DNA from: Candidatus Moranbacteria bacterium RIFCSPHIGHO2_01_FULL_55_24
Lineage (GTDB): Bacteria > Patescibacteriota > Minisyncoccia > Moranbacterales > UBA1568
Assembly (NCBI GenBank): GCA_001786575.1
Contig: MFRW01000004.1
Location: forward strand, 62,655-126,654
Direction: 5' to 3'
DNA: 64,000 bases
How positions within the stretch are numbered: position 1 is the first letter of the stretch; each line of letters opens with the position of its first letter. Under the pieces are notes generated by a model. That model did no database searches and was not told the origin of the DNA. It saw only the letters and a program-made list of their open reading frames with translations. Made by a program: the position numbers and the translations under genes. This document shows, piece after piece, positions 56,740-64,000 of the stretch.

Positions 56740-57501
56740 ATGCTGGATACTCTTCTCTTGCCATTCTTTCTCATACACGACTTCTTAAGCGCTTTTCTCG
56801 CGAAGCACTTGTTCCAAGTGAAGCGCTTTCTTCTCGTGGTAGCACACCTCGCGCTTTTCGGACTTTTCTTTCCCGAGTTTCGCAGGGATTTCGGCCAGCT
56901 TTCCGGGAATCTCCTGATCGGCATCCTCTTCCTAAGCCCGGTTTCGCAGATTTTCCGGATGCGCCTTCTCCTCCAGATGATGAGCTTGCGGCGTGAGCTC
57001 GGGATCATGATGGCCTATCTCGCCACGGTGCACGGACTTGGCTACCTCTTGGATCCGGATTGGTTCCAGTATGTCTTCACAGTTCCTCTCGAGGCAGGAC
57101 TTTTCACGGTGCCCGCGCCGTATCTTTTCGGTATGATCGCCTATCTGCTGACGCTGCCGCTTCTCCTCACTTCGAACAATCTGGCGAATCGCTTCTTGGG
57201 CGGGAAGAACTGGAAGCGCCTGCATAGGATCGTGTACCTCATGTTCATCTTTGCAGTACTGCATCGCTTCTTCATGAGGAGCGGGAGCGACGGCACATAT
57301 ACCATCGCATTCGCACAAACAATATTCCTCCTGGGTACCTATGCGCTGGCGAAAATCCTCGCCTGGAAGAACCTCATGCCCTTCCTGCCGAGTTCCATTA
57401 CCTTGGTAGCAGACCGCTACAAGGCCTTCCAGGCCGCAAAAGCCTCTCAAACGGCGCTTCAGCCGGCGGAAAAGCCTCCTGTTGAGCCGCCTCTTCCCTA
57501 A
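56740..57501 (+). CDS. ferric-reductase-like transmembrane (MsrQ/YedZ-like heme-binding) protein
   Basis: NWKRLHRIVYLMFIFAVLHRF gives the W.R.H......H pattern of the Ferric_reduct domain. Polytopic. Confidence 0.55.
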   Translation: MLDTLLLPFFLIHDFLSAFLAKHLFQVKRFLLVVAHLALFGLFFPEFRRDFGQLSGNLLIGILFLSPVSQIFRMRLLLQMMSLRRELGIMMAYLATVHGLGYLLDPDWFQYVFTVPLEAGLFTVPAPYLFGMIAYLLTLPLLLTSNNLANRFLGGKNWKRLHRIVYLMFIFAVLHRFFMRSGSDGTYTIAFAQTIFLLGTYALAKILAWKNLMPFLPSSITLVADRYKAFQAAKASQTALQPAEKPPVEPPLP

Positions 57502-57553
57502 GGTGGTATGTGGTATACTGGAGTGGAAATCTCTAAACCCTTAATGAAGTCTT

Positions 57554-58339
57554 ATGATGGAAAACGAGCCGGTAAAGACATGGATCAAGAATGACCCCAT
57601 AAGCCGCGACGGGTTGCTTGTATCGCTTGCGGTAATCCTCGGGAGCATCATTATCGCCTGTGCCCTGTGGCTTCCTGGAACGGATATCCTCTCGGGTATG
57701 ACCGCCAAGGCTCCGGCCGCCGGTACCGACAACGCCGCCGACGCAGGAGCAAAAGAGGACACTACAGCAGTCGCCTCTCTCGATGACGACCCCGTCCAGG
57801 GCGACAAGAAGAAGGCCAAAGTGGCAATCATAGAATTCAGCGATTACGAGTGTCCTTATTGCAAGCGTTTCCACCAGGAAACGTATGACAAACTGGTGAA
57901 GGACTATGTGACGACCGGCAAGGCGGTAATTTCTTTCCGCGACTTCCCGCTCTCGTTCCATGATCCGAAAGCCACCGAAGAGGCCGCTCTCGCGGAATGC
58001 GTGGGTGCCGAGAAGGGCGACGCAGCATACTTCGCCTTCAGCAAGGGACTCTATACAAATACCGGAGCGAACGGCCAAGGCTTGCCAGCAGGCAAGGTGG
58101 ACGAGCTTATTCGTGCCGCTGGAGCAGATGTGAAGAAAGTCACTGCCTGTGCCGCGACCGATGCCGTGAAGCAGGAAATCCAGAAGGACATGGCTGACGG
58201 CCAGAAAGCAGGCGTTTCCGGCACCCCGAGCTTTATTATCGGCAAGCTCGGCGCTGACGGGACTGTGACTGGCGAACGGATTGTCGGAGCGCTTCCCTAC
58301 GAGGGATTCAAGGCTGCGATCGACAAGTACCTCGAGTAA
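57554..58339 (+). CDS. DsbA-family thiol:disulfide oxidoreductase (membrane-anchored)
   Basis: Thioredoxin CxxC active site (EFSDYECPYCKRFH). DsbA-like C-terminal motif (GVSGTPSFIIG). Confidence 0.8.
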   Translation: MMENEPVKTWIKNDPISRDGLLVSLAVILGSIIIACALWLPGTDILSGMTAKAPAAGTDNAADAGAKEDTTAVASLDDDPVQGDKKKAKVAIIEFSDYECPYCKRFHQETYDKLVKDYVTTGKAVISFRDFPLSFHDPKATEEAALAECVGAEKGDAAYFAFSKGLYTNTGANGQGLPAGKVDELIRAAGADVKKVTACAATDAVKQEIQKDMADGQKAGVSGTPSFIIGKLGADGTVTGERIVGALPYEGFKAAIDKYLE

Positions 58340-58437
58340 TCATTCCGAAAAAGAAGTTTCTCAAAGACCCTGCCAGATACAGGGTCTTTTTGCTATAATA
58401 GAGGGACGACGCCAGTTACTTTATCTCCTTTTCGGTC

Positions 58438-61218
58438 ATGTCTTTTACCACTCACCGCGCTCTCCAATACTTCGGCATCATCTTGATCGGCCTCTTTTTC
58501 GCCGGAGCCTATTACTATTTCCAAGCTCGGGCCGGAGTCACCCAGAAAACGACCAACACGACCCAGCTCAACACCTCGCAGAACAGCCTCATGACCAACG
58601 GTCTGGTCGGTCTGTGGACTTTCGATGGGGCCGATATCTCCGGGACCACCGCCTATGACCGGAGCGCGAATACCAATAACGGGACACTGACTAACGGTCC
58701 GGTGGTGACGCTCGGCAGACTCGGCCAAGCTGTTGATTTCGACGGTTCCAACGATTATGTTTCTGTGGCTGATAACGCCACGCTGGATTTTGATGATACG
58801 GCCGATCTCTCCATCTCCGGCTGGTTCTACCGTGATAATTTCGAGTCCGATGACACGATTATCGCGAAATCCAACGGCCAATTAGGGACAGACACCGGTT
58901 ACCTCGTCTATATCGATGATGCGACGGACAAGCTGGTCTTGAAAGTAGGCGATGGTACCGACCTCTATACCGTCACTTCGACGAGTACCTTCACTGCGAC
59001 TGGCTGGAATCACTTCACGGTCGTCTGGGACCAGGATTCGGCAGACAATACCGAGATCTACATCGACGGAGCAGCGGATGGAGGGACGGATAGCGGTACG
59101 ATCGGAAATATCGGCGACCTGTCCAGTGCTCTGGTGCTCGCCATCGGCGCCGAATCTGATGCCGGCAGCCCCTTCATAGGCTCGCTGGATGAGATACGGG
59201 TGTACAACCGGGCGTTCGTTGCTTCTGAAGCGCAGAGCCTCTACGAACTCGGTCGTCCCGATAGCCTGAACTCGAGTATTTCCGCTCTGCAAGGAACCGG
59301 CCGTCTTGACAGCGGTCTCGGGGGATACTGGGCGCTCGATGAGAACACCGGAACTTCCGCGACTGACTCGAGCACTAATGGCAATACGGGAACCCTCACC
59401 AACAGTCCGACCTGGACTACAGGACAGATCAACTATGCGGTAGATTTCGACGGGACTGATGACTATATCAGTATCGGAGATGTGCTGGATACGACTGATT
59501 CTCGGGATTTCGCCATCTCCGGCTGGTTTAACCGCGATACGGCTACGACCGATGACACGATTATCGCGAAATCCAACGGCCAATTAGGGACAGACACCGG
59601 TTACCTCGTCTATATCGATGATGCGACGGACAAGCTGGTCTTGAAAGTAGGCGATGGTACCGACCTCTATACCGTCACTTCGACGAGTACCTTCACTGCG
59701 ACTGGCTGGAATCACTTCGTGGCCGTCTGGGATGATGATTCGGCAGGAGGTGTGGAGATCTACATCAACGGGCATATCGATAACGCCACGGATAGCGGCA
59801 CGATAGAAGATATCGGCGATTTCTCGAATGCCGTCAATCTGTATCTGGGAGCCGAATCCGATGTCGGCAACCCCTTCGACGGCAAACTGGACGAGATGAG
59901 GGTGTACAACCGCACACTTTCTTCTGGCGAAGTTGCCAACCTCTACCGTCTCTCGACTCCGACCGGTACGGACACAGGGCTTCAGGGGTACTGGTCGTTC
60001 AATGGGGGGGATATCGGTGTATCCAGAACTGTTTTCACAGATGACTTTACCGGGACTGCCGGTGATGACTTGAATACCCGCTCTGGATGGACTAAAGGAG
60101 GAAGCGGCACCGGCATCTATGAGATAGGGGCGGATGGAGGCACCTTGGCGGGAGTCGCTGGCAATACCACGACTGTTTGGTGGCAAACCGATGATCCTGG
60201 GACTGGGAGTCAGTATGCTTCGATGGTAGTCAGGGGTCTAGGCAATACCTCTACTTTTCTTGCAGTCAATATGACACCCTCGACGAATACGGGCTATGGC
60301 ATACGCTTAAGCGGCACGACCCCGCGCCTCTACAGGAATTTTGCCGGTACCTTTACAGTTGCTACGACTGCCTTCACTCTGGGAGACAGGGTACGCATCA
60401 AATCGACGCGCGCCGGTGATAGTATGGTGATAACGATGGATAAGAAGGTGGGCGATGCGGGAGCTTGGGTAAGCATGGGAGGCACGATGACCGATTCATC
60501 CTCGCCGAATTTTAACGGAGTGCCTGGCCTACGAGGACCGAGCACCTTGAGCGTGGATCCTTTTGCCGACGACTGGCAATCCGGGTCGGATGTTATCCCG
60601 ACCGCTCTGGACAGGAGCGGTACGGACAACAATGGCTTATTGAAGAACGGAGCGACGAAAGCCATCGGCAAACTCGGCCAGGGGCTCGATTTCGACGGGA
60701 CCGATGACTATGTGAGCATACCTGACCACGTCTCGCTCGATGCCACGGATACCGCCGACCTCACCATCACTGGCTGGTTCTATCGGGATACGGCGACTAC
60801 GGATGACACTATTATCGCCAAGCGAGACGGGATTCTCTCGACTGATACCGGATACATTGCGTATATAGATGATGCCGATGACAAGCTCTATTTCGAAGTT
60901 TCCGACGGCACGGATGAGTACCAACTGGCGGGAGCGACGACCTTCGCCGCAACTGGCTGGCACCACTTTGCTATTGTCTGGGACCAGGATTCTGCGGCCA
61001 ATTCTGAAATCTATATCGACGGAGCGGATGATAACGCGACGGACAGCGGTACGATTGGGAACATCGGCGATCTCTCCAACGCTCTGGTGCTCGCTATCGG
61101 AACCGAATCCGATGCCGTCAACCCCAACCCCTTCGACGGCAAGCTGGACGAGATGCGGGTATATAATCGGACGCTTTCAGTCGAGGAAATCTACGCGCTT
61201 TATAATCAGGGAAGATAA
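58438..61218 (+). CDS. membrane-anchored protein with three LamG-like (concanavalin A-like lectin/Laminin_G_3) jellyroll repeats
   Basis: Three copies of the DFDGSNDYVSV...ISGWFYRD...TGWNHF..VWD...IYIDG...LDEIRVYNR pattern. N-terminal TM. Confidence 0.75.
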   Translation: MSFTTHRALQYFGIILIGLFFAGAYYYFQARAGVTQKTTNTTQLNTSQNSLMTNGLVGLWTFDGADISGTTAYDRSANTNNGTLTNGPVVTLGRLGQAVDFDGSNDYVSVADNATLDFDDTADLSISGWFYRDNFESDDTIIAKSNGQLGTDTGYLVYIDDATDKLVLKVGDGTDLYTVTSTSTFTATGWNHFTVVWDQDSADNTEIYIDGAADGGTDSGTIGNIGDLSSALVLAIGAESDAGSPFIGSLDEIRVYNRAFVASEAQSLYELGRPDSLNSSISALQGTGRLDSGLGGYWALDENTGTSATDSSTNGNTGTLTNSPTWTTGQINYAVDFDGTDDYISIGDVLDTTDSRDFAISGWFNRDTATTDDTIIAKSNGQLGTDTGYLVYIDDATDKLVLKVGDGTDLYTVTSTSTFTATGWNHFVAVWDDDSAGGVEIYINGHIDNATDSGTIEDIGDFSNAVNLYLGAESDVGNPFDGKLDEMRVYNRTLSSGEVANLYRLSTPTGTDTGLQGYWSFNGGDIGVSRTVFTDDFTGTAGDDLNTRSGWTKGGSGTGIYEIGADGGTLAGVAGNTTTVWWQTDDPGTGSQYASMVVRGLGNTSTFLAVNMTPSTNTGYGIRLSGTTPRLYRNFAGTFTVATTAFTLGDRVRIKSTRAGDSMVITMDKKVGDAGAWVSMGGTMTDSSSPNFNGVPGLRGPSTLSVDPFADDWQSGSDVIPTALDRSGTDNNGLLKNGATKAIGKLGQGLDFDGTDDYVSIPDHVSLDATDTADLTITGWFYRDTATTDDTIIAKRDGILSTDTGYIAYIDDADDKLYFEVSDGTDEYQLAGATTFAATGWHHFAIVWDQDSAANSEIYIDGADDNATDSGTIGNIGDLSNALVLAIGTESDAVNPNPFDGKLDEMRVYNRTLSVEEIYALYNQGR
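58849..59016 (+). repeat. 168-bp perfect direct repeat within LamG gene (copy 1; copy 2 at 59551..59718, period 702 bp)
   Basis: Both copies were read and compared base by base. The third LamG unit (~60790..61140) is a diverged mosaic copy. Confidence 0.8.
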
Positions 61219-61221
61219 CTT

Positions 61222-62757
61222 ATGTCTCTCATCAATGATCTCCGAAAATGGCGCACGGAACAGGCGCGGGTCGAAGGCGTAGAGCCTTACCGCGTGCTTA
61301 CCAATGCCGTTCTGGATGCGATCGCCGCCACCAGTCCGGAAACCAAAGAAGCGCTGCTCGGGATAAAAGGCATCAAGGAAGCGCGCTTTCAGAAATACGG
61401 AAAAACGCTCCTGGCCATGGTGAAGGCATCGCTCGTATCCGGCACCGGTGAGATTCTTTCCGAGCAGAAAGAGGAAGAATCCTTTGATATTGCTTCTCTG
61501 GAAGCGAGTGCGCCGGAAGAGCCGCTTTCGGTGAGCAGCTTCCTGGATGCTCTGAACATCGAGCTTTCCGGCATGGCGGCGCGCATCCGCGGCGAAGTCT
61601 CAAGCGTCGATATCCGTGACCGCGTGGTGTACTTCACCTTAAAGGACAGCACAGACGAAAGCGCGCTCAACTGTCTCATTTTCCGCTACCAGTACGAAGT
61701 GTCCGGAGTAGCGCTTGCCGTGGGGGATGAGATCGTCGTCGAAGGCGTACCGGAGATCTACAAGCCGACCGGCCGCATGAGCTTGAAAGTCGGAGTGATC
61801 GAGCTTTTCGGGGAAGGAGCGCTCAAGAAAGCCTATGATGCGCTGTACAAGAAGCTCGAGACAGAGGGTGTGTTCGCTCCGGAAAAGAAACGCACCCTCC
61901 CGGAATTTCCGGAACGCATCGCACTCATCACCTCGCGCGAAGGGGCGGCGATCGATGATTTCAAGATGAATCTCGGAAACTTCGGATTCCGAGTCACTTT
62001 CTTTCCGACTTCTGTCGAGGGGAAGAAAGCGGTTTTCGAGATCCTCCAAGCCATCCGCTACTTCAACAAGCACCCGGAGCGCTACGATTGCCTGGTGATC
62101 ATCCGCGGCGGCGGAAGCCTAGAAAGTCTCCAAGCCTTCAATAACGAATCTCTGGTGCGCGAAGTAGCCGAGTCCCGCATCCCGACTCTTCTCGGTGTGG
62201 GCCACGAGAAGGACGTGACGCTCGCGGCGCTCGCGGCGGACGTGATGGTCTCGACGCCTACCGCCACAGCCAAGCTTCTGGCGCATCCGTGGAACGAAGC
62301 GCGGCAGCTCGCTTCACATTTCGAGAAGCATCTCCCGCTTCTCTTCCAAGAAAGACTGTCAAACACGCAAAGAAACGTGAATCGGGACACCGAGACACTC
62401 CTCGGTTATCTGCGCCTCATCCGCGAACGGGTAACGGAGTGCGAGCAGGATATCGCCCGGCACTTGGCGCTGACGCTCGAGTACGTGCGCCAGAAGAGGA
62501 GCGAGCTCGAGACTGCTCGGGAGAAACTGAAGCAGAGTTTCCAGTTCCTTTCTTCCCGGGTCGCGAAGGCGCTCGAATCCCTGGAAGCGCGGCTTCTCCA
62601 GTACGATCCGCAGCGGGTTCTCCGTCTGGGCTATAGCCTCATCAAGAAGGGGAATACGGTCTTGAAGGACGCCTCGCAAGCGAAAATCGGTGATATACTC
62701 GATATACAGCTGGGGAAGGGAGGTCTTTCCGCCGAAGTGAAGAAGATTACAGAATAA
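61222..62757 (+). CDS. xseA: exodeoxyribonuclease VII large subunit with N-terminal HRDC-like domain
   Basis: HRDC-like N-terminus (LRKWRTEQARVEGVEPYRVLTNAVLDAIAATSPETKEALLGIKGIK), then XseA OB fold and catalytic region (ERIALITSREGAAIDDF; GVGHEKDVTLAALAAD). Confidence 0.85.
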   Translation: MSLINDLRKWRTEQARVEGVEPYRVLTNAVLDAIAATSPETKEALLGIKGIKEARFQKYGKTLLAMVKASLVSGTGEILSEQKEEESFDIASLEASAPEEPLSVSSFLDALNIELSGMAARIRGEVSSVDIRDRVVYFTLKDSTDESALNCLIFRYQYEVSGVALAVGDEIVVEGVPEIYKPTGRMSLKVGVIELFGEGALKKAYDALYKKLETEGVFAPEKKRTLPEFPERIALITSREGAAIDDFKMNLGNFGFRVTFFPTSVEGKKAVFEILQAIRYFNKHPERYDCLVIIRGGGSLESLQAFNNESLVREVAESRIPTLLGVGHEKDVTLAALAADVMVSTPTATAKLLAHPWNEARQLASHFEKHLPLLFQERLSNTQRNVNRDTETLLGYLRLIRERVTECEQDIARHLALTLEYVRQKRSELETAREKLKQSFQFLSSRVAKALESLEARLLQYDPQRVLRLGYSLIKKGNTVLKDASQAKIGDILDIQLGKGGLSAEVKKITE

Positions 62758-62767
62758 CGAAATCATT

Positions 62768-62968
62768 ATGCCAAAAACATCGCTCGGAGATTCTCTCAAA
62801 AAGATCCAGGACATCATCCGCTGGTTCGATAACCAGGAAGAGGTGGATGTCGAGAAGGGCTTGGAAAAGATCAAGGAAGGCGCCACGCTCATCAAGGACA
62901 GTCGTACCCGTCTGAAGGAGATCGAGAACGAATTCGAAATCGTGAAGAAAGAGTTAGAGAAGGAATAG
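62768..62968 (+). CDS. xseB: exodeoxyribonuclease VII small subunit
   Basis: 66-aa coiled-coil protein LKKIQDIIRWFDNQEEVDVEKGLEKIKEGATLIKDSRTRLKEIENE, immediately after xseA. Confidence 0.85.
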   Translation: MPKTSLGDSLKKIQDIIRWFDNQEEVDVEKGLEKIKEGATLIKDSRTRLKEIENEFEIVKKELEKE

Positions 62969-63226
62969 CAAGTAAATTTTTGCTTTTTGTTGTCCATTAA
63001 GTAAGAAGAGATTTTTTTCCTCTGCTCTCGACTCATCAGCGCTTTCAGCTAGCAGAAAATATCGCCCCCAATCGACGGCGGGGCACAGCTCATTTTCTGA
63101 CCTAAAAGCGCTTCTTCAGACAAGATCGCGACCGTCAAAAAATTCTTCTCGTCTAAGGAACTGAATGAGGAGATCCCCTTCTCATGCTATAATTTTAGAA
63201 TAAAGAAACACAAAAACAGGAGGACA

Positions 63227-64000
63227 TGAAACGTTTTTCAGGCGATATCTCTTTGGTATTAGGAGGAGCGGCCGGACAGGGGGTGCAGACGGTAGAAGCT
63301 CTTTTGGTTTCGGTGCTCAAACGCGAGGGCTACCGGGTTTTCGCGTGCAAAGAATACATGTCGCGCATCCGCGGAGGGAGCAATTCGACGGAAATCCGCA
63401 TCACCGATACGCGCCGAGCCGCCTTCGTCAGCCGCATCGACCTGCTCTTCGCGATGGACAAGGATGTCGTGCCGCATCTGAAGGACCGCATCACCAAAGA
63501 CACGATTATCCTCGGGGAAGCGGTCAAGATCAGTGCCGGTGCCTCGGAACACATCGTCGATATCCCTTTCACCCGCTTCGCCAACGAGCTCGGGAATCCG
63601 ATATTCACCAGCACGGTAGCTGTCGGCGTGGCTTTGGGCATTCTCCGGGCATCGATCGAGGAATTCGAGCAGTACCTCTCCGAGCATTTCGCCCGGAAAG
63701 GCGAAGAGATCGTAGAGAAGAACATCCAGGCGGCCCGCCTCGGCTACGATTTCGGCAAACACTTGGCGTATGACGAAGGCATCGAGGTGCATATCAAGAA
63801 AGATGAAGCGATAAAGAGCGAGCTTCTCTTAGAAGGAAGCGATGCTCTCGGTCTCGGCACACTTTCCGGCGGCTGCAACTATATCTCCTCGTACCCGATG
63901 TCGCCGGGAACGACTCTCCTTACCTATCTGGCACAGCATGGAGCGGAGTTCGGGGTAGTCGTGGACCAGGCCGAGGATGAGATCGCGGCCATAAATCAGG
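63227..64000 (+). CDS. 2-oxoacid:ferredoxin oxidoreductase, fused gamma-alpha subunit (3'-partial)
   Basis: POR gamma-like N-terminus (ISLVLGGAAGQGVQT). Then alpha N-terminal motif (GSDALGLGTLSGGCNYISSYPMSPGT). RBS AGGAGGA. Runs off the window end. Confidence 0.7.

Noticed and set aside
58882-60186. Two minus-strand ORFs (233 and 200 aa) with identical C-termini
   Set aside because: They are antisense reflections of the duplicated LamG repeat units, not independent genes. They were useful only as a flag for the internal repeat.

Overview
High-GC (~58-60%) bacterial chromosomal segment with Gram-positive/monoderm-like envelope genes (LytR_C, MurJ, class A PBP, sortase, LPXTG giant adhesin), possibly from a reduced-genome lineage; taxon cannot be assigned from sequence alone. 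About 50 genes are supported. Housekeeping: dnaG, an rpoD with a ~100-aa Lys/Ala/Pro-rich histone-H1-like N-terminal tail, tRNA-Asn(GTT), murJ, PBP1A, xseAB, an RsuA/RluB-family pseudouridine synthase, a cyclophilin lipoprotein, an ECF sigma/anti-sigma pair, an ABC-F ATPase. Accessory regions that look most interesting: (1) a low-GC, degraded integrative island at the 3' side of tRNA-Asn (~4.07-7.23 kb) bounded by direct repeats that copy the tRNA 3' end plus its terminator hairpin, carrying an XRE/ImmA switch, a truncated C5-cytosine methyltransferase, DUF2188 and a Schlafen-like AlbA_2 protein. (2) A dense copper-homeostasis island (24.1-30.6 kb): CsoR with its palindromic operator, DUF305, DUF302, CopA, an HMA-fused membrane protein, two cupredoxin-like proteins and a second DUF305. 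(3) A 3037-aa surface adhesin with SpaA/CnaB-like repeats whose LPMTG sorting signal is internal, followed by a second signal-like segment and a 340-aa C-terminal module with its own membrane anchor, overlapped by a sortase gene. (4) A membrane-anchored protein with three LamG-like repeats containing a 168-bp perfect internal DNA repeat. (5) An ApbE-ferric-reductase-like operon and a second ferric-reductase-like protein beside DsbA. (6) A PEP-CTERM-like protein, an AOX-like di-iron oxidase and a SET-domain protein. Many long ORFs in the six-frame track are antisense shadows of real genes and were rejected. No CRISPR, rRNA or intact transposase/integrase was seen.
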